From an uncultured Acetobacteraceae bacterium (GTDB lineage: Bacteria; Pseudomonadota; Alphaproteobacteria; Acetobacterales; Acetobacteraceae): 63,825 bases of DNA. The position numbers were made by a program, and so were the translations under genes. Positions 20,551 through 30,685 of the stretch are shown piece after piece. The notes below the pieces were generated by a model that was not told the DNA's origin, made no database searches, and saw nothing but the letters and a program-made list of their open reading frames with translations. The stretch is taken from contig CAXTNV010000004.1 of the NCBI GenBank assembly GCA_964245755.1, forward strand, positions 1 through 63,825. Reading direction: 5' to 3'. The number at the start of each line of letters is the position of its first letter. Position 1 is the first letter of the stretch.

Positions 20551-20775
20551 TCGATGGCGGTGCGGCACTCCGACAGCGCGTTGATCTGCCGCGGCAGGAA
20601 CATTCGGGGCGGACAGCTTCCCGGTCTGGCGGTGGCGAGTGGAGCGATGCGCATCCTGCAACTGGTCTTGCCTACTCAGGCTCGAGTTGGCACATCGCGA
20701 TCACCTGGCTCATTTTCGGCCTCAGCCGAGGCGGACTGAGTCCGGCGTCGAAGAAGCTCGTCAGGCATGATCCGG

Positions 20776-21849
20776 TCACGGCTGCCGTCCTGCGTCCACA
20801 TCAGGGTCATCGTCAGGGCGCTGATCCGCCTCCAGCCCTTCCTCATCTGCCTCCAGGACAGCCGCCTCTTCCGGAAACATCCCGAACCGTGCCGCCACAT
20901 CCGGTGCGTAACGAAGCAGGTCGGGCCGCAGCTTCAGCAAGGAGATGTCCTTCGACTTGCCTTCAAGCATGACGTCAAACTCCAATCCGATCGCATCACG
21001 CATGAAGCGGGCGAACTCGAATGGGTTGGTGAAGTCGGCATGCCCGGTCCAGACCGGCGGACGCAGCGTCTTCACCTTCTTTTTTGTCTTGCGGTCTAGC
21101 TTCACCATCTCGCGCAACTCTGTGCGAGGCGAGGAGAAGTGGATCTTGGGCCGCACACCATCCGGCCAAGTTGCCAGGATACGGCGCAGCACGCAGATGG
21201 TGTCCAGCTGTCGCGGGTTCAGGCACCAATGGTGCTGATAATCAAAGATCAGCCGCACGCCCGTCTGCTCGTGCACCCACAGCACGTCGGACGCGGAGAA
21301 CCGGATGTCGTCGTGTTCCAACACCAGCCGGCGCTTCACGTGCTCCGGCAACGTCGGCCAAGTCTCAGCCCAGCGGGTACGTGACCTCTCCACGTCACCA
21401 TACGCTCCGCCGACATGTGTCACCATCACCGCCTCCGGTCCCAGCTCCATCCTGTCCAGCATCTCGGCTTGGGAGGACAGGTCCCAGATACTCTTCTTGG
21501 TAAGCACGGGATCGGGGCTGTTGAGCAGCACATATTGCGAGGGATGGAATGACAGCCGGATGTCCAGGTCCCGCGCCCTCTTCCCGACTGCCCGCAATTC
21601 GGCATCGCTTTCGGCCACCATCCCGTGGAACTGCGGCAGGTCCGGATGAGTGGCGTAGGGGGCCAGGTCCGACGACATGCGGTACATGGTGATACGCCGC
21701 TTCGCCAGGTAAGTGAGGATGTCGTCGATGCATGCCAGCGACGTCTTCAGATGCGGGTTCTGCTGCCACCGCCTCGTGTCGTTGCTTTTGAGTGCAGTCT
21801 GGCCCAGCACCTTCACGGGAAAGCCGAGACGCAACGCGTCGCCTCTCAC
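20776..21849 (-). CDS. uvsE: UV damage endonuclease UvsE
   Basis: LRLGF, YRMSSDLAPYATHP, RLSFHPSQY, LVLEHDD, FDYQHH, PKIHFSS, GHADF and DVMLEGKSKD. Confidence 0.92.
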   Translation of the reverse strand: MRGDALRLGFPVKVLGQTALKSNDTRRWQQNPHLKTSLACIDDILTYLAKRRITMYRMSSDLAPYATHPDLPQFHGMVAESDAELRAVGKRARDLDIRLSFHPSQYVLLNSPDPVLTKKSIWDLSSQAEMLDRMELGPEAVMVTHVGGAYGDVERSRTRWAETWPTLPEHVKRRLVLEHDDIRFSASDVLWVHEQTGVRLIFDYQHHWCLNPRQLDTICVLRRILATWPDGVRPKIHFSSPRTELREMVKLDRKTKKKVKTLRPPVWTGHADFTNPFEFARFMRDAIGLEFDVMLEGKSKDISLLKLRPDLLRYAPDVAARFGMFPEEAAVLEADEEGLEADQRPDDDPDVDAGRQP

Positions 21850-22928
21850 GTCACGATCTCCGACACGGCCGGGTCAGGCACGATGGCCGCCGGGCCGAAA
21901 CCCAATCCGGTGATGAACGTGTTCCAGCCCGTGGGCCGCAACGCGCCGCCTGTCGCTTGGCGGTGACCGGACCCATACATCTCGTCTGCGTCCGGCGGCC
22001 GATGCTCCGCAAGAAAGCCTACCAGGTCCCGATCCTCGGCCGACCGCACGGCGAAATGAACCCAGCCCGACCGGTAGGCTGTGTTGGCCGCCATCACGAT
22101 CTTGTCCCGCAGCCGCCCGCGCCATTGCTGAGCGATCAAGGGGTGGATCTGCGTGGCCGAGGCAAGCCGGATCAACGCTACCTCACCACGTACCAGCGGA
22201 CCAACTCGGCGTGCCGCCTTCAGCTCCCGCTTCACCTCCGCTCGCGCCGCCAGCACCACCGCAGCTTCCGGCCGCTCACTCGACAGCACATCCTTCGGAC
22301 CATCTGCCGCCATCAGCAGCGCCAGCGCCGGGCTTGCATCACCTGATGCGCTGCGCCGCGGTGCGTTCACGAGCGCCGTGGCATCCCGCAGCGCGGTCAT
22401 GCCGAACCGACGTGCGGCCTCCATCTCGGAGAAGCCGGCCTTGTCGGCCATGTCGCCGATCAATCCCATCGCCGCCAACCAAATCCAAGGCTCCGCATGC
22501 GTCAGCACGCCTGCACACCAAAACGCCAGCAGGGAGGAAGTCGGGATCGGCATCTGTCCGTGCCCGCTTATCACTGTGGCGACGGGAGGCGGAACGCCAG
22601 GAATGTGATGGTCCACCACAACGGTGGGCGCACCGGGCTTCGGCAGCGCATCCCGCACGCCCAGATCGGTGATGACCATCCCGCCCACCTGCTCGGTCGC
22701 GAACTCCGTTCGCATCGCCTCCGACCACGGACTCTCGCCCCGACCCACGATGCGGGTGCGCACGTTCCATTGGGCGGCCGCGAAGGCACGCCCGAACAGA
22801 GCGATGGCCGACAAGCCGTCTGCGTCGTTGTGCCCCAGGATCCAGATCGGCTTGCTCCGGTCGAACGTCCGGATCGCCGTCGCGAAAGCGGAAGCGGTCT
22901 GGATGCGTGCGATGCTGTTGGTGTTCAT
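21846..22928 (-). CDS. DHH-family phosphoesterase (RecJ-like, short)
   Basis: GHNDADG, ITDLG, VDHH, GLIGD and C-terminal DHHA1-like GSGHRQATGG. Its stop overlaps the uvsE start (GTGA). ATG at 22928 was chosen as start. Confidence 0.85.
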   Translation of the reverse strand: MNTNSIARIQTASAFATAIRTFDRSKPIWILGHNDADGLSAIALFGRAFAAAQWNVRTRIVGRGESPWSEAMRTEFATEQVGGMVITDLGVRDALPKPGAPTVVVDHHIPGVPPPVATVISGHGQMPIPTSSLLAFWCAGVLTHAEPWIWLAAMGLIGDMADKAGFSEMEAARRFGMTALRDATALVNAPRRSASGDASPALALLMAADGPKDVLSSERPEAAVVLAARAEVKRELKAARRVGPLVRGEVALIRLASATQIHPLIAQQWRGRLRDKIVMAANTAYRSGWVHFAVRSAEDRDLVGFLAEHRPPDADEMYGSGHRQATGGALRPTGWNTFITGLGFGPAAIVPDPAVSEIVT

Positions 22929-23461
22929 CCGACCACAAAGCGCGGACCGCCCCGGGGTTCGCGCCCGGACAAGCTCCCGGAGCACCGGCTGCTGATCCGC
23001 GAGACCGAGGTCTCGGCAAGCTGGAAGAGCTCGGGTACGCTTCGAGATCTCGGCCATCAGGTTGCCCGGCCGCAGCGATGTCACAATGCGCGGCACTGCT
23101 CCGTTCACCCGGCACCTGTCGCTCATGGCCCGCAGCGCTCGCTGATGGCGGCGGACTAGGATATCACCGCCAGGATCGCCGCGCCGTGCGCCTGATGCTG
23201 CCCGGGTTCGTGGTCCAGGCAGGCCGTGGAACCAGTAGGCTGCTCCGAAGCATAGCGAGCAGGTGATCCGCCGGCAGCGATAGGGCCGCGGTCGCCGGCC
23301 ACCTCAGCCACGCGCCCGCGAAAGCTCGTCACCTCATCTGTTCGGTAGCGAGAGGGCCTTGATAAAGGCACTCCCGAAGCCCGACGAAGAAAAGACTCAT
23401 CGTCCTGTCTGGCTCATGAGCCGCCGGCGCAAGGATCTCTCGAGAAGTGCTGCACGTGTCG

Positions 23462-24094
23462 TCAAAGCAGCGAAGCAACAGCGTCGATGGCGCCCTCCGG
23501 CGAAGCCTGGGTCGCGTCACGACGGCCGACGTGTTGTGTGAACAGGCGGACGCCCGCTCCCAGTTCACCCTGATCCAGCGCTTCCAGCAGGTCCCGATAA
23601 ACCAGATGGCTGGGATATAGCTGGCCGGGCGGTGTCGAGAACCAGCGGAGGTCTCCGGCCTCAGGCGTCTCGTCGCTCGTCAAGACGCGCTGGGTGGGAT
23701 TCTCGCACAAGGTCGCTCGAAAGCATAGCGAGACGGAGTGACCCCGATCGTCGAAGATCTGCACGAGCGCGATCGGCCGGTCGGCGACGTCCACTCCGCA
23801 ACCGAATTCCTCACGGGCGCAGGCCGAGATGCGATGGGCGATCTCCTCCCGGTGGCGGATGATGCTGCCAGGGATGTGCCACCCAGTTCCGAACGGATCG
23901 TCGCGCCAAGCAAACAGCACTCTCTTCTCGGCGTCTTGGACGAGGAGGTCCACGTTGGGCGTGGCAGTGACCTCCGTAATGAAGCGGAACAGCGGCCAAG
24001 GCAGATCAGCGCCGGGCCCGCTCAGCTTGACCAGGATGCTTTCGAGCGTTCGCAGCTCCTCGTCCGTGAGTTTCTGATCACCGGAGGAGGTCAT
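23462..24094 (-). CDS. Nudix hydrolase (GDP-mannose mannosyl hydrolase-like)
   Basis: PNVDLLVQD and a variant Nudix box WHIPGSIIRHREEIAHRISACAREEFG. Start uncertain (ORF extends to 24229). Confidence 0.75.
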   Translation of the reverse strand: MTSSGDQKLTDEELRTLESILVKLSGPGADLPWPLFRFITEVTATPNVDLLVQDAEKRVLFAWRDDPFGTGWHIPGSIIRHREEIAHRISACAREEFGCGVDVADRPIALVQIFDDRGHSVSLCFRATLCENPTQRVLTSDETPEAGDLRWFSTPPGQLYPSHLVYRDLLEALDQGELGAGVRLFTQHVGRRDATQASPEGAIDAVASLL

Positions 24095-24443
24095 TGATGG
24101 CCCTGTTTGCGAACGTTCCGTAGCATCCGCATACTTGGCCAGCTCCGCAAGGTGGTCATTGGGAAAGGTCCGCTTTGTGTCGAGTGCAAGCACCCCGGAC
24201 GCAGGTGACCAGGTGATGATCTCAGACATCAGGCCTTGCCGCTGGTCAGGCGGCTCAGGGCGATGGAAGTTCCGACCCAGTCGCTGGTCAAGGCAACCTG
24301 CCTGATGATCGGCACAGCCCCCGGCACCGAGCGATCTCCGGGCGCGTCAGGTGTGTCGGACCAATAATCTGTGCTCCTGTGACAGTGGTAGATCGGTGCA
24401 GCGCACCCGGTGGAACAAAGCTCTCGAAGGAACGCCTTACCTC

Positions 24444-25763
24444 ATGACTATGAGAGTGGCCGCTCGGTCGACAACCGATGGCGAAGCCGGTCCTGACGCC
24501 GCCATTGGCGGAAGCTCGCTCTCGCGGGTGATCGTCGCGGCGGTTTTCGGCAATGCGCTGGAATGGTACGACTTCACCGTTTATGCCTTTCTCGCCCCGA
24601 TTATCGGACGGCAGTTCTTTCCGAAGTCGACCGACACGGTGGCACTGCTGGCGACCTTCGCGGTGTTCGGCATCGGTTTCGTCGCAAGACCGCTGGGCGG
24701 CCTGCTGATCGGCTTCGTCGGCGACCGGGCTGGCCGGAAGCCCGCGTTGCTGTTGACGATCATGCTGATGGCCATCGGCACCGTAACCATCGGCCTGCTG
24801 CCCGGATTCGCTCGCATCGGCATCGTGGCACCTGCCCTGCTGGTGCTGGCGCGCGCCTTCCAGGGATTCTCCGCCGGTGGCGAATGGGGAAGCTCCGCCT
24901 CCTTCCTAGTGGAGTGGGCGCCAACCAAGAGACGCGGCCTGATCGGCAGCTGCCACACCGGTAGCATCTTCATTGGTCAGCTCGTTGGTACCGGTGTTGC
25001 CGCGTCGCTGAGCACCCTTCTGGGCCCGGCAACGATGGCAAACTGGGGCTGGCGGGTGCCGTTCCTGCTGGGCGCGCTGATCGGTCCGCTCGGCCTGCTG
25101 GCGCGGCGCCGGATCGACGAGACCCCGATATTCCGCAGGGCAGCGGAAGCGAGTACGGCACCCGTCCCGAGCACGCGGATGCCCCTGGGCACAATGATGT
25201 TCGCGTTCTGCTTCGTTGCTGTGCAGTCGGTCGCGATCTACGTATTCCTGTCCTACTTTCCGACTTTCCTGCAGCGCAACCTCGGCTGGACGGCCAGCCT
25301 GTCGCTGTGGTCGACGGCACTGGCTACGGTCGCCACCGGCATCTCGGTGGTGAGCTCGGGCTTCATCTCCGATCGGGTCGGGCGCAAGCCGCCTCTGCTG
25401 TTCAGCTGCATCGTGTTCCTGCTGCTGTCCTACCCGCTGGTCTGGCTGATGCTGCACGTGCATTCCGTGTCTCTGGCGATTGCCATACAGGTCGTACTGA
25501 GCGCCAATTGCGGCCTGTTTATCGGCAGCATGACCACCGCCCTGGTGGAGATGTTCCCGACCCGTCGCCGGCTGACCGGGCTCAACACCGCCTACAACAT
25601 GGCTTCTATGGTTTTCGGCGGCTTCGCGCCGTTCATCGCCACCGGCCTGATCTCGTTGACCGGCCAGTCGATCGCGGTGACCTACTACGTTATCCTCGGA
25701 GCGCTGGTCTCTCTGCCCGCAGTGTTGACGTTCCGCGAAACCGCCGGACGATCACTTGACTGA
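24444..25763 (+). CDS. MFS transporter, metabolite:H+ symporter (ProP/ShiA-like)
   Basis: GNALEWYDFTVY, RPLGG, GDRAGRK, QGFSAGGEWG and WGWRVPF. Confidence 0.93.
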   Translation: MTMRVAARSTTDGEAGPDAAIGGSSLSRVIVAAVFGNALEWYDFTVYAFLAPIIGRQFFPKSTDTVALLATFAVFGIGFVARPLGGLLIGFVGDRAGRKPALLLTIMLMAIGTVTIGLLPGFARIGIVAPALLVLARAFQGFSAGGEWGSSASFLVEWAPTKRRGLIGSCHTGSIFIGQLVGTGVAASLSTLLGPATMANWGWRVPFLLGALIGPLGLLARRRIDETPIFRRAAEASTAPVPSTRMPLGTMMFAFCFVAVQSVAIYVFLSYFPTFLQRNLGWTASLSLWSTALATVATGISVVSSGFISDRVGRKPPLLFSCIVFLLLSYPLVWLMLHVHSVSLAIAIQVVLSANCGLFIGSMTTALVEMFPTRRRLTGLNTAYNMASMVFGGFAPFIATGLISLTGQSIAVTYYVILGALVSLPAVLTFRETAGRSLD

Positions 25764-26050
25764 TGCGGCGCGAGCCTCTTTCGGCAACAGGCGGTGCTCC
25801 TCTCCTTTCGCCCAAGCATGATCCGCCTGACGGCGCGGAGCGCTCGGGTCGAGACGGGATGCGTGCTCGATGTGCAGGCCGATCTGGCATGCCCATCGAT
25901 TGCTACCGTGCTGACGCTGTGCTGATGCCGATCAGCAAGCAGAAGGATCGCTTGCCTGATCTTCGCAAAGCTGCCGACCGGCCTTCGACTGCGCACGTCG
26001 CGCGGATTGCGTCGTCCCTCCTCAATGCCGGGCAAGAGCGAGGATCGCGG

Positions 26051-26500
26051 CTGAGGAATACGCGCGTCCTGGTCGGCTTCGCGCTCTGCCTCATGTCGAC
26101 TGCCTGCGGCGGCGGACCGCAGTGCGCTCCGTTTGCACGCTCGTTGACCGGGCTGCGGCTGTCCGGTTCGGCAGCCGGTTGGTGGCGTCAGTCAGCCGGA
26201 CGATACGCGCATTCGCGCACGCCGGAACCGGGCGCCGTCCTGGTGCTGCAAGCGACACATCGGCTGCCCTACGGGCATGTATCGGTCGTGCGTCGTGTGC
26301 TGGATCCGCGGGAGATCCTGGTGACGCACGCGAACTGGGAGCCCGGCGAGATCGACCGGAACGTTCTTGTTCTTGATGTCTCGGCTATGAACGATTGGAG
26401 TCTCGTGCGGGTGTGGTGGCGCCCGAGCAATCGCATCGGCCGAGCGCGGTTCGCAGCCTTTGGCTTTATTCTGCCGGAACCCCCAGCTTCGCTTCGCTAG
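26051..26500 (+). CDS. CHAP-domain protein, probable lipoprotein
   Basis: Lipobox-like STAC, QCAPFAR (catalytic Cys), GHVSVV (His) and THANW. The start is approximate. Confidence 0.8.
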   Translation: MRNTRVLVGFALCLMSTACGGGPQCAPFARSLTGLRLSGSAAGWWRQSAGRYAHSRTPEPGAVLVLQATHRLPYGHVSVVRRVLDPREILVTHANWEPGEIDRNVLVLDVSAMNDWSLVRVWWRPSNRIGRARFAAFGFILPEPPASLR

Positions 26501-26880
26501 AAAGGCGGCACGGCTGACAGCCGCCGGCCTAGGTCTCGATCCTGAAAGGCCTCGACGACGTCTGTCGCGCTGACTTCAGCGCTAAAGCCACGCACCCGAA
26601 GCTGCTCTTCTCGTTGCGTACTGCATGAAGAGGATCCACAAGGCTGCCGGTTGCTCTCGGCAAGGAACACGCTCGTCGCGCCGCCCCGTCATACTCCGAT
26701 AGGATGTCTCTCCACGTGGATGACCTTGCCTCGATGCACAGCGCCGCGAGCACCGGCGGAGGAACCAGCCCAGGATAGCTCTGCCTCCAAGCATCAACGG
26801 GCAAAAGGCCGAGCCTCGATCTGTCTTGCCCGAGAACCATTCTGATGGAGATCGGTGCCGGCTTGACAAGCCGCTCGACC
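26497..26880 (-). pseudogene. Decayed GNAT acetyltransferase remnant
   Basis: VDAWRQSYPGLVPPPVLAALCIEARSSTWRDIL, then after a frameshift VFLAESN...QREEQLRVRGFSAEVSATDVVEAFQDRDLGRRL (eroded Q-x-x-G-x-G acetyl-CoA motif). The C-terminus is missing. Confidence 0.6.
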
Positions 26881-27138
26881 ACCGCCCGGGGTGCTTCAAG
26901 TTCCTGAGCTTGCGCCGTCACCTTCTTGTCGAGCAAGCTGCTCGGGAGGCCGCATAGGCCGAGTGCTTCGGCAAGCCGATGTTTGCAGCGAGCGATCCCT
27001 CTCCTCCCGAGAGTGATGCGACGAAGCGGCATGCCTCGACCCCGGAAGTGCCCGCTCATGCCCTCTGCATGCGCATGCCGTTCCTTGATCCGGAAAACAG
27101 CTTCTAAAACCGCTACCTCCTGGTGCACGCTCGCAGCG

Positions 27139-28040
27139 ATGATCCAATGGGATGACGTTCGATACTTTCTCGCCGTAGCGCGCGGAGGCTCGGTGCGTGC
27201 TGCCGCCGCAAGCCTCCGGGTGAACCACTCCACCATGGTCCGGCGCATAATTCAGCTCGAGGAACGCCTCGGCGCGCACACCTTCGAGAAGCTGCCCTCG
27301 GGCTATCGGCTGACCGCTGGCGGCGAGGAGATCCTCGAGTTCGCAGAGCAGATGGAGGCATCGTCGAACCAGCTGGAGACGCGCGTCTTCGGCCGCGACC
27401 AGAGCGTGCGCGGACTCCTGCGGGTGACGCTGGCCCCGACCCTCGCGACATACCTGCTCATGCCGGATCTCGGCGACTTCGTGCGTCTGCACCCCGAGGT
27501 GGAGATGGAGATACTGTCGATCGAGGAGCCGGTGAACTTGACCAATCGGGAGGCCGATGTCGCGATCCGCGTCGTCTACGACCGCAGCACCCTGCCGCTC
27601 AATCTTCACGGCATCAAGGGACCGGAGCTGTTCGGCGGCGTGTACCTGTCCCGCGACCTGCTCGCCGGGTGGCGCGCCGGGACGTCTGACCGCATCCGGT
27701 GGATCGTCAGGAGGCGACACGGCATCGCGGACTGGGCTCGCTAAAATGAGGTTCGCCTCACCGAGGTTATGTTCAGAACCACGGACGCCGAGGCGCAGAT
27801 CGTCGCGGCACGGCAGGGGCTCGGGATGGCGACGCTGCCCTGCTTCGTCGGCGATGTCGACCCGCTGCTGACGCGGGCGCCGGGCAGAGCCCTGCACATG
27901 CACGGCACGCTCTGGCTTCTCACGAAGGGTTGAGACGCGCAAAACTAAAGCGCGTGCGGCTTTTCAGCGACTTTGTGTCACGCAGGCTCGCCGCATATAT
28001 GCCGCTTCTTGCGGGGCTGTCCTCCTTGGAACGACGGACG
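27139..28040 (+). pseudogene. LysR-family regulator pseudogene
   Basis: HTH WDDVRYFLAVARGGSVRAAA. In-frame TAA at 27742-27744, after which the LysR domain continues (AARQGLGMATLPCFVGD). Frameshifts near 27930-27950 precede KRVRLFSDFVSRRLAAY. Confidence 0.88.
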
Positions 28041-28433
28041 GCGTGGAACCAGTTGTTCTTTCCGTCGCAACAAGAACGGACAGGACAAGAATTTCGCTCC
28101 CGCCATTGTTGGCGCCACTTGCTCATCCCGAGACTTGCAACCCGGGCGATGTCATCGTGCGCCTGATGACCGCGGTGAAGGCGTGTGCGGCTCGTGGTCG
28201 ATGGTCGCTTCCAGGCTGCGGCAACGTTGCTTTGCCAGATAAATATTCGTGAAACCTATGGTTCGGTTTGGCTATCTCATCCGAAGGCCGCGGCAGTGGC
28301 GATCTAGCCATTGCTGAAGGTTGATCGACCCCCTAGTAGGTTTTAGGGGCGACGCCCAATCATGACCGGCGAAGCTCGGAAGAAACGACCGGCATCGTTT
28401 GCAGTGTCGGGAGACCGCTTGAGGAGGGCAGCC

Positions 28434-30575
28434 TTGCGACTAAGAACATCACTGTTGGGAACAGCGTGTTTGCTTGCCGGGGCCGGGCTCGGGTCGATGT
28501 CGCACGCTGAGGCGGCTCCTGCGGCGCCGCTCGTGACAGGCGTCGTGTCGGACAGCGTGGCGACACCGCTCGCATCCTCCGTCCCGACGGCTCTCGCGGG
28601 TGCGAGCGATCACGGAGCTCTCGCCTCGACAACCTCCTTCACCCACGCCCAGCTGACGCTGAAGCGCTCGGCGGCGCGTCAGGCGGCACTCGACGCCCTG
28701 GTTGCGGCGCAGACCGATCCGGGTTCGGCCTCATATCGTCGCTGGCTCACGATACCAGAGCTCCGCGACGACTACGGCCCCGCGTCGGCCGACATCAGCG
28801 CAGTCACCCAGTGGCTCGCGGCGAAAGGCTTCCACGTCAACGCAGTTGCCGCGACGGGCATGTCGATCGACTTCTCGGGAAGCGCTGCCCAGGTCGCGTC
28901 GGCCTTCCACACCGAGCTGCACGGCTTCGAGAAAGCGGGTGGAAGCTACATTGCACCCGCCGGGACGCCTTCGATACCAGCCGCCCTGTCGCCGGTCGTC
29001 GATGGCGTCGTGATCAGCAACTTCTTCCCGAAGCCGATGCGCACCGCGCCCACGGCGTTGCAGAAGTCCACCGCGGCAGCAGGCACTGTCCAGAAGGTCG
29101 GCACCAGCTACACGATGGTTGCCGACGGCACGACCTTCTACGCGGTGACGCCCTCGGATTTTGCGACGATCTATGACCTGACGCAGACGCGGAACGGGTT
29201 TCTCGGCGCCAGCCTCACCGGGCAGAAGCAGACGATCGCGGTTGCCGAGCAGACCGACATCAATCCGGCCGATTGGAATACCTTCCGTTCGACGTTCGGC
29301 TTGACCGGCTACAAGGGCACGCTCTCGATCACGCACCCGGGCGGCTGCACCGATCCTGGGTTCACGGGTGACGAGGGCGAGGCGGCGCTTGATGCCGAAT
29401 GGACATCCGCGGTGGCTCCCTCCGCTACGATCATCGAGGCGGCCTGCGAGGGCGGCACGTTTGGCTTCGGCGTGATGACCTCGCTGATGAACCTCGTTGA
29501 GGGCGGGACGACTGCCGACTCCATCTCGGTCTCGTACGGTGGATCCGAGCAGGGCAACGGCCTCACCTTCCTCAACGCCTGGGCGAACCTTGTCGAGGAG
29601 GCGGCCGCGCAGGGGATCTCCGTCTTCGTCTCGAGCGGCGATGGGGCGTCCGACATCAACGACACCGGCGCGAACCTCGGGACCAACGGACTGAGCGTCA
29701 ACGGTCTCGCGACGCCGCCCAACGTCACCGCGGTGGGTGGCACGGACTTCTACGACACCGCCAAGGGGCAGAACTCAGTCTACTGGGCGAGCAAGAACTC
29801 AACGAGCGGCGGCTCGGCGAAGTCCTACGTGCCCGAGATCCCCTGGGACAATTCCTGCTCCAATGCCGTCAACTACAAGGCGGCCGGCGCCAGTGGACCG
29901 ATCGTCAACTGCAACAAGGAAGCACCGACGGCGAAGGGCTACATCTATCAGAACGTCGTCGGGGGAAGCGGTGGCCAGAGCCTGATCTTCCCGAAACCGT
30001 CGTTCCAGAGCACGGCGCTGCCGGGCGTTCCGAACGATGGCGTGCGTGACATCCCGGACATCTCGCTCTTCGCGGCGAACGGTTTCTGGAACCACTTCTA
30101 CCTTGAGTGCATGTCGAACACTGCGGAGGGCGGCGTTCCCTGCGACTTCACCAACCCCGCCGACTTCCTCGGTTCGGCGTTCGGTGGTACCTCCTTCGCA
30201 GCACCCGACTTCGCGGGCATCGCGGCTCTCGTCGCGCAGGCGGATGGCGGGCGCGTCGGAAACATGGCCCCGCGTCTCTACAAGGTCGCTGCGCTGCAGT
30301 TCGCGAACAGCGTGCTGAAGAAGTCATGCCTCGCGACGAACGGCAACGCCGTGTCGGCAGCCTGCGTCTTCTATGACGAGACGGTGGGCGACAACACCGT
30401 CGCCTGCCAGACGGGGACGCCGAACTGCGCGACAAACGCAAACTCGAAGCTCGGGATCGGTGTCTTGTCAACATCGACTGCGGTCAGCAACGCCGCCTTC
30501 CCGGCGACATCGGCCTACGATCTCGCGACCGGTCTCGGCTCGGTCAACATCACCAACCTGATCGTAAACTACTGA
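28434..30575 (+). CDS. Second S53 (sedolisin) family protease with pro-kumamolisin activation domain
   Basis: TTG start after GAGGAGG, signal peptide, YRRWLT pro-domain, EAALDAEW, SSGDG, RDIPDIS, GGTSFAAP and YDLATGLGSVN. Confidence 0.93.
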   Translation: MRLRTSLLGTACLLAGAGLGSMSHAEAAPAAPLVTGVVSDSVATPLASSVPTALAGASDHGALASTTSFTHAQLTLKRSAARQAALDALVAAQTDPGSASYRRWLTIPELRDDYGPASADISAVTQWLAAKGFHVNAVAATGMSIDFSGSAAQVASAFHTELHGFEKAGGSYIAPAGTPSIPAALSPVVDGVVISNFFPKPMRTAPTALQKSTAAAGTVQKVGTSYTMVADGTTFYAVTPSDFATIYDLTQTRNGFLGASLTGQKQTIAVAEQTDINPADWNTFRSTFGLTGYKGTLSITHPGGCTDPGFTGDEGEAALDAEWTSAVAPSATIIEAACEGGTFGFGVMTSLMNLVEGGTTADSISVSYGGSEQGNGLTFLNAWANLVEEAAAQGISVFVSSGDGASDINDTGANLGTNGLSVNGLATPPNVTAVGGTDFYDTAKGQNSVYWASKNSTSGGSAKSYVPEIPWDNSCSNAVNYKAAGASGPIVNCNKEAPTAKGYIYQNVVGGSGGQSLIFPKPSFQSTALPGVPNDGVRDIPDISLFAANGFWNHFYLECMSNTAEGGVPCDFTNPADFLGSAFGGTSFAAPDFAGIAALVAQADGGRVGNMAPRLYKVAALQFANSVLKKSCLATNGNAVSAACVFYDETVGDNTVACQTGTPNCATNANSKLGIGVLSTSTAVSNAAFPATSAYDLATGLGSVNITNLIVNY

Positions 30576-30632
30576 CACGATCGGGCGGGCCCGCGGCCAT
30601 CCGGTCGTGGGCTCACGCCTGCTTCAGCATCG

Positions 30633-30659
30633 CCGGCGGAGCGCGCTCCCCGCCGGTTT
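30633..30659 (+). terminator. Possible intrinsic terminator between the convergent S53 and antiporter genes
   Basis: CCGGCGG...CCGCCGG stem followed by a short TTT. Confidence 0.4.
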
Positions 30660-30685
30660 CGCCGCAGTCGACACCATAGCTGGCA

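Noticed and set aside
23462-24094. Nudix gene as a third member of the DHH-uvsE repair operon
   Set aside because: There is a ~530-bp gap, and the box is GDP-mannose-hydrolase-like rather than MutT-like. No evidence of coupling.
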